Shown in pieces: positions 18,530 to 28,655 of a DNA stretch of 64,000 nt. The notes beneath the pieces are model-generated. The model ran no database searches, was not told the DNA's origin, and saw nothing but the letters and a program-made list of their open reading frames with translations. The position numbers were made by a program, and so were the translations under genes. The DNA is from Bacteroidota bacterium. Its GTDB lineage: Bacteria; Bacteroidota; Bacteroidia; UBA7662. The DNA is taken from contig VGFN01000001.1 of the NCBI GenBank assembly GCA_016868875.1, forward strand, positions 3,150 to 67,149, read 5' to 3'. How positions within the stretch are numbered: position 1 is the stretch's first letter; every line of letters starts with the position of its first letter.

Positions 18530-20563
18530 ATGAACCATTCGGAAAACGAACCCATGGAAAGCCCATTGGCCTCGGAAGAGTCCAACGTTCATGCAGAACG
18601 TAGCCTGGCCTCCGAACCTACAGATGCGCCCCCTTTGGACAATGAGTCCATTGTGGAGGCTTCGGGCCTGGAAATCGAACCTTTGAAGGAAATTCCCGTG
18701 ATCATCCCGCATGCAGCTTCGGAGCTTAGCGCAGAAGAACCCAGCGAATTGGTGGAGGCTTTGATGGCGGAGGCTGAGGAGGCCATCCTTCCCGATTACA
18801 GCGCAATGGACTTAGAAGCTTTGCTCACCCATTTGGGTGATTCGGTCAAGAAGTCGGATTTATCGGAAGAGCATCGCAAAATTCAGGCAATCAAATCCCA
18901 GGTGGACCATTGGTTTCAGAAACTGAAGGCCCAACAAGAACTCGAACTTTTGGAAGGCGAATCCAGCCAAGACCTTGTGCCGGTTTCTCAAAGCCCTCTC
19001 TTTTTGCTCTACCAAGACCTGTGGCAACGATACCAAGCCAAGAGGCAACAAGAAAAGCAAGAGAAAGAAGCCAAACTGCAAGCCAATTTGGCCCTCAAAG
19101 AGGCTTTGCTTGACGAGTTGCATCAGGTGGTTGACGAAGAAGAACAAGGCAAAACCGGAGTCAACGAACAACTCAAAAGCATACAGCAACGTTGGAAAGA
19201 CTGTGGACCTGTTCCCCCTGAACAGCGTCAAGGTTTGTGGAATCGCTACCATTTGTTGCATGATAAGTTCTATAACAATTTGCGAATCAACCGCGAACTC
19301 AAGGAACTGGACTTGGCCAGAAATTTAGAATCCAAAATCCAGCTTTGCGAACAGGCCGAGCAATTGCTATTGGAAAATGATATCTTAAAAGCGGGCTCCA
19401 AGCTAACCCTTCTCCATGAGCAGTGGAAAGCAACCGGCCCCGTACCCCGTCCACAATCGGAAAGTGTATGGGAACGTTTCAAAAATGCCTCGGATCGCAT
19501 CTTCCAAAACAGAAGGGGCAAGTTCGAAGAACTTGAATCATTGCGCGCTGAGAACTTGCGCCTCAAAACACAACTCTGTGAAAATTTGGAAATTTTGGTA
19601 AGAGCCTTGCCCGAAGAAAAGCCGAATTGGAGTCAATTAACCCAAACGGTCGAGCTTCTTCAACAAGATTGGCGTCAAACAGGTCCGGTACCCAAAGAGC
19701 AACAAGAGCCCTTGTGGAAACGCTTTAAAGTCGCTCTGGATCAATTCTATGGCGCACGCCTTCAGCATTACAAGGCCGCCAAAGCGGCAGTACAAGAATT
19801 GGTGCAACAACGTGAATTATGGTGCAAAGAAGCTGAGTCATGGAGCCAGTCCACGGATTGGAAAGCAGGAACTCAGGCTTTAACCGCCTTGCAAAAGAAC
19901 TGGAAAGAAGCCCCTGCATTGCCCCGTAAGATTTCGGACAAATATTGGAACCGTTTTCGCAAAGCCTGCGATACTTTTTTTCAATCCAAGAACTCCTTCT
20001 TCTCCGATGAAAAAAGCAAACAAGCCGAGAACCTCGAACTCAAAAAAGCCTTGGTCGAAAGATTGAATACCTACACCAGCTCTGGGGATACATCCCAGGA
20101 CATGTCGGTCTTGATGGAAATTCAGCGTTCATGGAACGAAATCGGCTTCGTGCCCATGGCGCACAAAGAAAGTTTGCAGAAGCAATTCCGCGAGCTTACC
20201 AACAAATGGTTTGATCAATTGAAAATTGACCGGGAATCGCATCGAGAAGCCCAGTATCAAACCCGACTCCAGCAGATGAGCAACCATCCTGCCGGTGACC
20301 GGGAATTATCCAAAGAGCAGACCCATCTTCAGTACAAAATCAATGACTTGCGTAAGGAGATGGATCTTCTGGAGAACAACCTTGGATTTTTCTCACGTTC
20401 CAAAAACGCAGACCTCATGCGTCAAGAAGTTGAAAAAAAGATCGAGGTCATCAAATCGCAAGTCATCCAATTGGAGGCCAAGTTGCGTTTGGTTCGTCAG
20501 TCTCGCCAAAGCGAAAAAGACAATGCTCAGGATCCCAAAGCTCTCAAGGCCAAGGGATCGTAA
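18530..20563 (+). CDS. DUF349 repeat-containing protein (coiled-coil; W-x-GPVP-x-W repeats)
   Basis: 677 aa with at least five copies of a ~75-aa unit, e.g. QQRWKDCGPVPPEQRQGLWNRY, HEQWKATGPVPRPQSESVWERFK, QQDWRQTGPVPKEQQEPLWKRFK and QKNWKEAPALPRKISDKYWNRFRKACD. Confidence 0.75.
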   Translation: MNHSENEPMESPLASEESNVHAERSLASEPTDAPPLDNESIVEASGLEIEPLKEIPVIIPHAASELSAEEPSELVEALMAEAEEAILPDYSAMDLEALLTHLGDSVKKSDLSEEHRKIQAIKSQVDHWFQKLKAQQELELLEGESSQDLVPVSQSPLFLLYQDLWQRYQAKRQQEKQEKEAKLQANLALKEALLDELHQVVDEEEQGKTGVNEQLKSIQQRWKDCGPVPPEQRQGLWNRYHLLHDKFYNNLRINRELKELDLARNLESKIQLCEQAEQLLLENDILKAGSKLTLLHEQWKATGPVPRPQSESVWERFKNASDRIFQNRRGKFEELESLRAENLRLKTQLCENLEILVRALPEEKPNWSQLTQTVELLQQDWRQTGPVPKEQQEPLWKRFKVALDQFYGARLQHYKAAKAAVQELVQQRELWCKEAESWSQSTDWKAGTQALTALQKNWKEAPALPRKISDKYWNRFRKACDTFFQSKNSFFSDEKSKQAENLELKKALVERLNTYTSSGDTSQDMSVLMEIQRSWNEIGFVPMAHKESLQKQFRELTNKWFDQLKIDRESHREAQYQTRLQQMSNHPAGDRELSKEQTHLQYKINDLRKEMDLLENNLGFFSRSKNADLMRQEVEKKIEVIKSQVIQLEAKLRLVRQSRQSEKDNAQDPKALKAKGS

Positions 20564-20571
20564 AATCAGCA

Positions 20572-21297
20572 TTAGGTATCGTATTTGCGCAATAAACGCA
20601 ACAATACATCCATATCCCGGGGATACGGGGCTTCCACCAAAGGCATGGGAGATTCGGGATGTGCAATTTCCAAGGAGTGTGCATGCAATGCCAATCGATG
20701 GATCATGGGCGCCTCTTCTTCCGTATCCTTGGAAACACGGTATTTGCGACCTTTGAGCAAGGAAAGCAAGGGCATTTCCCCACCATAGGCCTTGTCAGCT
20801 ACAATTCGGCAATTTTGAGAGGCCAAGTGCACCCGGATTTGGTGGGTTCGACCGGTAACCGGCCTACATTCCAACAAGGTAAAATGCCTAAAATACTCCA
20901 AACTGCGTACATAGGTCAACGCTTCTTTGCCCGCTTTGAAATCCACTCGCATAAGACCGTCGCGACCTTGGCCTATTGGTAAATCGATAGGTTGATCATC
21001 AAAACGGTGGATACCCCAAACAACGGTATGGTAAACCTTGGATACAAGCCTTTGTTCGAAGGCGTAGGCAGCAGCTTTGTAGGAGGCCTCGCTCCTTGCC
21101 CAGAGCATAATGCCCGAAGTTTCCTTGTCCAAACGATGGCAAGGACTCAAACGGGAGTCAAAGGCTTTGGCCCAACGGATCATGCTGGGAGCATTGCCTT
21201 GACGCTCGTCCAAGGTGGCAAGCAGCGGGGGTTTGTTCAAAGCCAGCCAATCACCGGACTCCCACAAGAGATAATTTTCGAAAGGTTCGCGCTTCAC
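20572..21297 (-). CDS. RluA-family pseudouridine synthase
   Basis: Catalytic motif HRLDKETSGIML and C-terminal GRTHQIRVHL, 241 aa. Confidence 0.85.
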   Translation of the reverse strand: MKREPFENYLLWESGDWLALNKPPLLATLDERQGNAPSMIRWAKAFDSRLSPCHRLDKETSGIMLWARSEASYKAAAYAFEQRLVSKVYHTVVWGIHRFDDQPIDLPIGQGRDGLMRVDFKAGKEALTYVRSLEYFRHFTLLECRPVTGRTHQIRVHLASQNCRIVADKAYGGEMPLLSLLKGRKYRVSKDTEEEAPMIHRLALHAHSLEIAHPESPMPLVEAPYPRDMDVLLRLLRKYDT

Positions 21298-21317
21298 TCT
21301 GCGCTAAGGTACGGCGC

Positions 21318-22349
21318 TTATCCGTTGGCCTTGTCCAGGGTAAACCCAAAAGTGGACCCAACCCCTGCAGATGAACGCACATGGATGGTATGACCATGGA
21401 CTTCTAGCATATGCTTGACGATGGCCAACCCCAAGCCTGTGCCGCCTTCGGAACGGGAACGGCCTTTGTCCACCCGATAAAAGCGCTCGAACAGCCTTGG
21501 CAAATGTTCCGCCTCTATCCCCAAACCGTTGTCGGAAATTTCAATCAAAAAATGCCGATCCATATCGTAAACCCCTACCAGAGTTAATCCTTGCTCATTA
21601 CCGTAATGAATGGAATTGGAAAGAAGGTTAACCAGGACTTGCCTAATTTTTTTGCGGTCGGCTCTAACCAAAAAAGGAGCTCGGCAACCCGCTTTCACTT
21701 GAATTTGGATGCCGCGTTGACGTGCCTTATGATCAACGGAATCAAAGACATCCTGAAGCAATTCCTGAAGGTCAAAGTTTTCCCAATCCATTTTGACCGA
21801 TCCGGATTCCAATTCGCTGATGGTTAACAAATCTTTGACCAAGGCCTCCATACGATCTGCGGATCGCGCAGCCTTTTTGAGGAAATTCAAATTGGTTTCG
21901 GGATCTTCCATCGCCCCGTCCAATAGCGTGTGGATATAACCCTGTATATTGAAGATTGGCGTCTTGAGTTCATGGGAAACATTGCCAAGGAAATCCTTGC
22001 GGTATTTCTCCAATTGATCGGCCTCTTCTTTTTTGCTGGTTTGCTCCTTGCTCCACTGCTGCACTTCCTCATAAACCTGTCCTATAGGATCTTCGTTCAT
22101 CGAATACACCTCTTCGCCGCCCCCGAGGGTTTTAGTAGATCGGATGGTCTTGTAAATCAATTTGATTTTGCGGTAAATGAAATAATTGATGGCATAATAA
22201 ACCATGGCCAGGACAGAGATCCCGGTGATGAGGCTCAACATAATCACTCTTGACTGGGCAAGAGCCAAGGCATGGGCCGAACCGGCCACCAACATAGCCG
22301 TTGCTAGGGCCACCAAAATGGCCACCTGTAGAGGGGTGATGTTCTTCAA
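21318..22349 (-). CDS. sensor histidine kinase (two TM helices, no periplasmic domain; HisKA + HATPase_c)
   Basis: H-box NVSHELKTP, G-boxes DNGLGIEAEHLPRLFERFYRVD and GGTGLGLAIVK. Its start overlaps the response-regulator gene by 4 bp. Confidence 0.85.
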   Translation of the reverse strand: MKNITPLQVAILVALATAMLVAGSAHALALAQSRVIMLSLITGISVLAMVYYAINYFIYRKIKLIYKTIRSTKTLGGGEEVYSMNEDPIGQVYEEVQQWSKEQTSKKEEADQLEKYRKDFLGNVSHELKTPIFNIQGYIHTLLDGAMEDPETNLNFLKKAARSADRMEALVKDLLTISELESGSVKMDWENFDLQELLQDVFDSVDHKARQRGIQIQVKAGCRAPFLVRADRKKIRQVLVNLLSNSIHYGNEQGLTLVGVYDMDRHFLIEISDNGLGIEAEHLPRLFERFYRVDKGRSRSEGGTGLGLAIVKHMLEVHGHTIHVRSSAGVGSTFGFTLDKANG

Positions 22350-23053
22350 TTAAGCTCGAATTTATAGCCTACCCCCTTGATTGTGGTAATATAGGCATCT
22401 CCGAGCTTTTCACGCAGTTTACGAATGTGGACATCGATGGTACGGTTAATCACCACCACATCGGTTCCCCAAATGGTTTCCAGAATTTGATCACGAGTGA
22501 ATACCTTGCCAGGCCTTGAAGCCAAAAGAAAAAGTAATTCAAATTCTTTGCGAGCCAAGACCACCACCGCCCCGTCCTGGGTTACCTGATACGATTCCCG
22601 ATCAATCACCAAATTGCCCAACTTGATCTGCTTGGTTTGTTCAACCTTCGTATCTTCTTTGGACCTCCTGAGAACCGCTTCGATACGGCTAATTAGGGCA
22701 CGGGGCTTCATGGGTTTGGTTAAGAAATCGTCGGCACCCGCTTGAAAACTGAGCACTTCCACAAACTCTTCTTCACGGGCTGTCAGAAACAGAATAAAAC
22801 AATTTTTCAGGGATGGAACGGCTCTAATTTGTTTGCAAGCCTCCATGCCATCCATTTTGGGCATCATCACATCCAAGAGGATCATGTCCGGTAGAAATTC
22901 CTTGGCAGCGGCAACGGCTTCGAAGCCGTTTTCTGCCGTTTTGACATCGTAGCCCTCTTTACGCAGGTTGTAAGAGATTATTTCCAAAATATCCGGTTCA
23001 TCGTCAACAACCAGGATTTTGGCGACTTTGGGGGCTCCCTGATAGGCGGACAT
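22346..23053 (-). CDS. OmpR/PhoB-family response regulator
   Basis: Receiver domain ILVVDDEP...LLDVMMPKMDG plus a C-terminal winged-helix (trans_reg_C) domain, 235 aa. Confidence 0.9.
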   Translation of the reverse strand: MSAYQGAPKVAKILVVDDEPDILEIISYNLRKEGYDVKTAENGFEAVAAAKEFLPDMILLDVMMPKMDGMEACKQIRAVPSLKNCFILFLTAREEEFVEVLSFQAGADDFLTKPMKPRALISRIEAVLRRSKEDTKVEQTKQIKLGNLVIDRESYQVTQDGAVVVLARKEFELLFLLASRPGKVFTRDQILETIWGTDVVVINRTIDVHIRKLREKLGDAYITTIKGVGYKFELN

Positions 23054-23115
23054 AGGATTTGGATTTGATGCTACGAAGTAAGGAGGTTTCGTATCGCAGG
23101 ATTGTTAAGAAAAGA

Positions 23116-24573
23116 TTAACCCTCCAACTTGGCCCGTAACATTTCGGAGGCCTGTGCCGGTTGGACCTTGCCCCCTGTTTTTTTCATTAATTCACCCATA
23201 AACAATCCAAGAAGGCCCTTTTTACCGGAACGGTATTCCTCAACCTTGCTGGGCATGGATAACAAGACCTCTTCAACCATGATTTCCAAAGACGGTATAT
23301 CAGAACTCTGCCCCAAATCCAATTCCGTGATAAGGTCATGGATCGATTTCGTAGGAGCTTCCAACCAAGCTGGCCATAAACTTTGAACAGCCTGATGGTG
23401 CGTCAAGACCCCCTCTTGCACGGCATCGATTAAGGAGGCCAAGGCCTTGGTTGTCAAAGGGAATTGCTGAATTTCCAAGGCGTGGGTATTCAGCCAAGTT
23501 TTGACCGGACCCATGGTCCAATTGGCAGCTTGTTTGTAATGCGGGGTCAAGGTAACCAAATGCTCAAACCACAAGGCCAGATGTTTTTGGTCACAGAGCA
23601 CTGAGGCATCGTAAGCACTTAACCCATACACGGAAGTAAATCGCTCGAGCAGGACCTCCGGCAAGGGGGGCATGTTGGATTGGACCTTAGCAATTTGTTC
23701 CTCTCGTACCCAAATGGGCGGCAAATCCGGTTCCGGAAAATACCGATAATCGTTGGCGGCTTCCTTGGAGCGAAGCGAAAAAGTATTGTTAGCCTGGGCA
23801 TCAAAAGAGCGGGTCTCGGAAACGATGGTTTCCCCCCTTTGGAGCAGTTCAACTTGTCGCTGATATTCGAATTCAATCGCGCGTTGAACATGGCGCATGG
23901 AGTTCATGTTCTTAACTTCGACCTTCTGCCCAAAGGCCTCGGTTCCGCGTTGCCTCACCGAAATATTGGCATCACAGCGCAACGATCCTTCCTCCATATT
24001 CCCGTCACAAATCTCCAGATAACGTACCAAACGCCGAACCTCCGATAGGTACTGGTAGGCTTCTCTCGCGGATCGAAGATCAGGCTCTGTAACAACTTCC
24101 AAGAGGGGTACCCCGCAACGATTCAAATCAATCAGGGTATCGTAAGGATCTTGATCGTGTATGCTTTTCCCGGCATCTTCTTCCATGTGGATCCTCGTAA
24201 TCCCTACCCTTCTTCGAGTGCCGTCCTCCAAATTGAGATGAATATACCCGTTGTAAGCCAGGGGGGTAAGGTGTTGTGTGATTTGATACCCCTTGGGAAG
24301 GTCTGCGTAAAAATAGTTTTTGCGAGCAAACTCGTTGTAGGCTCGGATTTGACAATTCATTGCCAATCCCAACAATATTCCATCCTCCAGGACTTGCTGG
24401 TTCAAGCGTGGCAAAGTACCTGGATGGCCCAAGGAAATAGGAGACAACAAGGTATTGGGCAAAGCGCCAAACTCCGTGCTATCCGAACAGAAAGCCTTGG
24501 ATTGAGTATTCAATTGCACGTGAACCTCCAAGCCCACGACCAATTCATAATCGACTAAAGTATCGCTGCTCAT
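23116..24573 (-). CDS. gatB: Asp-tRNA(Asn)/Glu-tRNA(Gln) amidotransferase subunit B
   Basis: 485 aa; the N-terminus YELVVGLEVHVQLNT is diagnostic of GatB. Confidence 0.95.
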   Translation of the reverse strand: MSSDTLVDYELVVGLEVHVQLNTQSKAFCSDSTEFGALPNTLLSPISLGHPGTLPRLNQQVLEDGILLGLAMNCQIRAYNEFARKNYFYADLPKGYQITQHLTPLAYNGYIHLNLEDGTRRRVGITRIHMEEDAGKSIHDQDPYDTLIDLNRCGVPLLEVVTEPDLRSAREAYQYLSEVRRLVRYLEICDGNMEEGSLRCDANISVRQRGTEAFGQKVEVKNMNSMRHVQRAIEFEYQRQVELLQRGETIVSETRSFDAQANNTFSLRSKEAANDYRYFPEPDLPPIWVREEQIAKVQSNMPPLPEVLLERFTSVYGLSAYDASVLCDQKHLALWFEHLVTLTPHYKQAANWTMGPVKTWLNTHALEIQQFPLTTKALASLIDAVQEGVLTHHQAVQSLWPAWLEAPTKSIHDLITELDLGQSSDIPSLEIMVEEVLLSMPSKVEEYRSGKKGLLGLFMGELMKKTGGKVQPAQASEMLRAKLEG

Positions 24574-24577
24574 GAGG

Positions 24578-27256
24578 TTAAATTACGTGGGCTAGGTGTT
24601 GATGGGCTTGACGCATGGCCTCTTGAAGGCGCCGCGTGGCTTCTTGGGGTGGAAGATTCGTATTCGGTGCACCTGCCATGGCCAAATGGGCTTGTCCCCC
24701 ACCTTGCCCCCCGAGGGGCTCAATGAGTTCACGCACCAATTTGCCGGCATTCCATTTTTGGGCTAATTCATCCCCCAAGGCACAAGCCATGTAGGTTTTG
24801 TCGTCCACAACCGCTCCCAAGACAACGCATGCCTTGGGCGCTGCCGTTCTAAGACGATTGGCCATCACCTTGAGGGCCTCCGCTTGCGTTGGCTCACAGG
24901 TTTGGACCAGCAATTGAAGGCCATTGCTGGAATGCTCCCAGGCCTTGCCCCATTGTTCGATCCATTGATCCATCTGTTGTTGGTTCCACTGCTCCAATTT
25001 CTTGCGCATTTGGGAAAGCTCATGAACAGTTTTGCGCAACTGAGCGGGTAGGTCAGCCGGGTGCTTGAGGATTTCATGGGCTTCATGCAAGGAATGCAAT
25101 TGCGCATCCACCCACTGCATGGCCGCTGTACCGCAAACCGCTTCGATTCGTCGTATGCCCGATGCCACTGCTGTTTCGGTGATGATCTTGAACCAGCCAA
25201 TTTCTGCGGAATTTCGAACATGAGTCCCTCCACAAAGTTCCATGGAATAGATACCTCCGAAAGAGATGACCCTGACCTTGTCGCCATATTTCTCCCCGAA
25301 CAAAGCGGTCGCTCCCCTGTTCACCGCTTCCACCATAGGTAGTTCCCTTTCTTCGACCAAAGGCCAAGCCATGGACACCGCACGGTTCACCTCCCTTTCG
25401 ATGGCCTTTAAATCATCTTGGCTGATTTTGGATGGTTGAGCAAAGTCGAAACGCAACTGATCGTTAGCGACCAAGCTTCCCTTCTGTTGCACGTGATCTC
25501 CCAACTTCATCCGAAGGGCGCTATGCAGCAAATGCGTGGCGCTGTGATGCGAGGAGACTCCTTGACGCCATAGAGGGTGCACCGTAGCGACAAAATTCTG
25601 CTCGGGGTCTTGGGGCAATTGTTCCACCCGGTGAATCCACAAATTGTTTTCTTTAACAACGTCCAAAACTTGTACCTTAACACCGTCCTCTCCTACCAAT
25701 TCTCCCCGATCTCCCACCTGTCCCCCGGATTCCGCATAGAAAGGGGTGGTCTCCAAAACAAGTTGGCTTTGTTCGCCTTCCGGACCAAGCACGGTTCTCC
25801 AACGGACGATTCGGGTCGAACAGCTACTTTGGTCATAACCCACGAACCTACCGTTCAAGGTGAGATCTCCTGAAGCCCAATCTGCCCATACCCAATCCCC
25901 TGCACTGGATTTGGTGGCGACACGAGAACGTTCCCGTTGCACGGCCATGGCTTTCTCGAAACCAGGCTGGTCCATGCGGTACCCTTTTTCAGAAAGAACC
26001 AATGCGGTCAAATCTGCAGGAAAACCGTAGGTGTCCAGTAATTCAAAGGCGGTGTCACCGTCCATGACCCCACCAGAGGCTGGGCCACTTTCGGAGACCC
26101 ATAAATCAATGCGCAGCAAACCTTTGGCCAATGTCCTCAAGAAATTACTTTCTTCGGCCAGCAAGGTCTGTTCGATGAGGGTTTGCTCCCGTTTGAGTTG
26201 AGGCAATACCTCCCCCAATTGCTCCACCAGTACCGGAATCAAGGCGTGCATGGTCGGTTCACCCAAACCCAAGTAGGTGTACCCGTATCGAATTGCTCTC
26301 CTCAGGATGCGTCGGCATACGTAGCCGGCCTTGGCATTGGAGGGCAATTGCCCATCCGCAATAATCAACGCCACCGCCCGAAGATGGTCCGCCATAACCC
26401 TCATGGCTACATCCACTTGTTCATCCCCGGCATTGTAGGCCTTTCCACTGCGTTGTTCAATGGCCTTAATCAGCGGGCGGAAGACATCCGTATCGTAATT
26501 GCTGGAGGCCATGGCTACAGCTCGGCAAATTCTTTCAAATCCCATGCCGGTATCGACATGCTTGGCCGGCAAAGCCTGCAGTTTGCCGTCAGCCATCCGC
26601 TGAAATTCCATAAATACCAAGTTCCATAGCTCGATGACTTGGGGATGGTCTTGGTTCACCAAGGTTGCTCCATCAATCTTTTGGCGTTCTTCATCGCTTC
26701 TTAGATCGATATGCATCTCGGAACAGGGCCCGCAGGGGCCGGTTTCACCCATTTCCCAGAAATTATCCTTCTTGGAACCGGGGAGTATCCTCCTCTCATC
26801 CATCCACTTGGTCCAGTAACGACGAGCGTCGGCATCTGCACCCAAACCATCGCCCTCGTCCCCCCCAAAATAGGTCACGTACAAACGCTCTGGATCCAGG
26901 CCATAAGGACCGGTCATCAACTCCCAAGCCCAGGCGATCGCATCCTCTTTGAAATAATCTCCAAAGGACCAATTCCCCAACATTTCGAAAAGGGTATGAT
27001 GGTACGTGTCTTTACCCACATCTTCCAAATCGTTGTGTTTACCCGAAACCCTCAAACATGGTTGGCTATCGGCTATCCGAGCATATTGGACCGGACGGTT
27101 GCCCAAAAAGAGATCTTTGAACTGATTCATCCCGGCATTGGTGAAGAGCAGGCTTGGATCACCTTGAATTAACAAGGAGGCAGGCGTTGCCACATGGTGC
27201 CCTTTGGATGCAAAGAAGTTCAAAAAGGTTTGGCGTATGTCCGCTGACGTCATCAT
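24578..27256 (-). CDS. alaS: alanine--tRNA ligase
   Basis: 892 aa. ADIRQTFLNFFASKGHH...FTNAGMNQFK, class-II core and editing-domain motifs. Confidence 0.95.
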   Translation of the reverse strand: MMTSADIRQTFLNFFASKGHHVATPASLLIQGDPSLLFTNAGMNQFKDLFLGNRPVQYARIADSQPCLRVSGKHNDLEDVGKDTYHHTLFEMLGNWSFGDYFKEDAIAWAWELMTGPYGLDPERLYVTYFGGDEGDGLGADADARRYWTKWMDERRILPGSKKDNFWEMGETGPCGPCSEMHIDLRSDEERQKIDGATLVNQDHPQVIELWNLVFMEFQRMADGKLQALPAKHVDTGMGFERICRAVAMASSNYDTDVFRPLIKAIEQRSGKAYNAGDEQVDVAMRVMADHLRAVALIIADGQLPSNAKAGYVCRRILRRAIRYGYTYLGLGEPTMHALIPVLVEQLGEVLPQLKREQTLIEQTLLAEESNFLRTLAKGLLRIDLWVSESGPASGGVMDGDTAFELLDTYGFPADLTALVLSEKGYRMDQPGFEKAMAVQRERSRVATKSSAGDWVWADWASGDLTLNGRFVGYDQSSCSTRIVRWRTVLGPEGEQSQLVLETTPFYAESGGQVGDRGELVGEDGVKVQVLDVVKENNLWIHRVEQLPQDPEQNFVATVHPLWRQGVSSHHSATHLLHSALRMKLGDHVQQKGSLVANDQLRFDFAQPSKISQDDLKAIEREVNRAVSMAWPLVEERELPMVEAVNRGATALFGEKYGDKVRVISFGGIYSMELCGGTHVRNSAEIGWFKIITETAVASGIRRIEAVCGTAAMQWVDAQLHSLHEAHEILKHPADLPAQLRKTVHELSQMRKKLEQWNQQQMDQWIEQWGKAWEHSSNGLQLLVQTCEPTQAEALKVMANRLRTAAPKACVVLGAVVDDKTYMACALGDELAQKWNAGKLVRELIEPLGGQGGGQAHLAMAGAPNTNLPPQEATRRLQEAMRQAHQHLAHVI

Positions 27257-27303
27257 AGTGCAATCTTGGAGATGAAAGGTCGAAATTACTTAATTTTGGG
27301 CAA

Positions 27304-28278
27304 ATGGCTCGTCCACGTTACGAATTCAACCCGGTCAAATTGGTCTTTGAGCAGGTCAAAATGCCCTGGCAACGCCAATTACTCTCGCTCTTGGGTTTTT
27401 TCTCGGTGGCCGTTGTCTCCTCGGTTGTGGTCATATCCCTGGCTTATACCTTTTTGGATTCGCCCAAAGAAAAAAAACTCAAAGAAGAACTGGCCGAAAT
27501 GGAACTGCGATATGAGGCATTGGACGAGCGAACACGACTCATGCGCGCAGCCTTGAAAGACTTGGAACAAAGAGACCTCAATATTTACCGGGTAATTTTT
27601 GAGGCGGATCCCATTCCCAACGAAACCATCAGGTCCAAAGAGCAAATTAACGCCTACAAGTACCTAGCCCAATACGAATACGGCCCTTTGATGGCGACTA
27701 CTTCGCTCAAAATAGACGCCCTCAGCCGCGAAATGGTCGCACAATCCAAATCCTATGACGAATTAAGTCGTCATATAAAGAACAAAAACGCCTTGCTCGA
27801 AGCAATGCCTGCCATTCAGCCCATGGCGTTTCGTGGCAAAAACCGCGGTGAATTGGTCTCTGGTTTTGGATACCGAATTGACCCCATTTACAAATCGGCC
27901 AAATTTCATGAAGGCTTAGATTTCGCTGCTCCCATTTCAGCTCCAGTTTACGCCACCGGAAACGGTCAAGTCAAAGAACTTGTGCATTTAGATAAAGGTT
28001 ATGGGAATTTCCTGGTGATTGATCACGGATTTGGCTATCAGACCAAATACGCTCATTTGTCGCGATTTGAAGTACAGAAAGGTCAAATCGTCAAACGGGG
28101 ACAGTTGATTGGCAGAGTTGGTAATACGGGCAAGAGCACGGGACCACATCTTCACTATGAAGTAATCAAGGGTGGAAGGAAAATGAACCCAGTATACTTT
28201 ATTTTTAACGATATGTCGCCCGATCAGCATGACCAACTCATAACCAAGGCTTCTCAAGCTAACCAATCCCTTGACTAA
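27304..28278 (+). CDS. M23 family metallopeptidase (membrane-anchored, coiled-coil linker)
   Basis: M23 motifs HEGLDFAAP and GNTGKSTGPHLHYEV, with one N-terminal TM helix. An alternative start at 27358 (MPWQRQ...) would leave a more plausible divergent promoter gap to alaS. Confidence 0.85.
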   Translation: MARPRYEFNPVKLVFEQVKMPWQRQLLSLLGFFSVAVVSSVVVISLAYTFLDSPKEKKLKEELAEMELRYEALDERTRLMRAALKDLEQRDLNIYRVIFEADPIPNETIRSKEQINAYKYLAQYEYGPLMATTSLKIDALSREMVAQSKSYDELSRHIKNKNALLEAMPAIQPMAFRGKNRGELVSGFGYRIDPIYKSAKFHEGLDFAAPISAPVYATGNGQVKELVHLDKGYGNFLVIDHGFGYQTKYAHLSRFEVQKGQIVKRGQLIGRVGNTGKSTGPHLHYEVIKGGRKMNPVYFIFNDMSPDQHDQLITKASQANQSLD

Positions 28279-28655
28279 TGAAAGAAAATGCAAAAAATAA
28301 TGATGTAGAGAATATTGATTCTATCAATTTAAAGCAATACTTCTCTATTCAAGAGGTTTCCTCCCAGCTAGACCTTAGCCCGTCCTTGTTGCGTTATTGG
28401 GAAGGAGAATTCCCCATGCTCCAACCCCGAAAGAATCGCAAGGGAAACCGCATGTACACCCGCAAAGACCTGGACCTATTAGTTCAAATCAAATACCTTC
28501 TCAAGGAGCGCAAATTCACCATCAAAGGCGCTTTGGCCAATCTATCCGCGAACGGTTCCCAAATACCCACCACCATAAGCCTGAAAGAACGATTAATGCA
28601 AATTAGGGAGGGTTTACTCGAACTCAAAAAGACCCTGGATCAGGAAACGCCTTGA
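28278..28655 (+). CDS. MerR family transcriptional regulator (HTH only, short)
   Basis: MerR-type [28 protein letters not shown]. Its start overlaps the M23 stop (TAATG), and its 3' end overlaps convergent fbp by ~32 bp. Confidence 0.7.
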   Translation: MKENAKNNDVENIDSINLKQYFSIQEVSSQLDLSPSLLRYWEGEFPMLQPRKNRKGNRMYTRKDLDLLVQIKYLLKERKFTIKGALANLSANGSQIPTTISLKERLMQIREGLLELKKTLDQETP

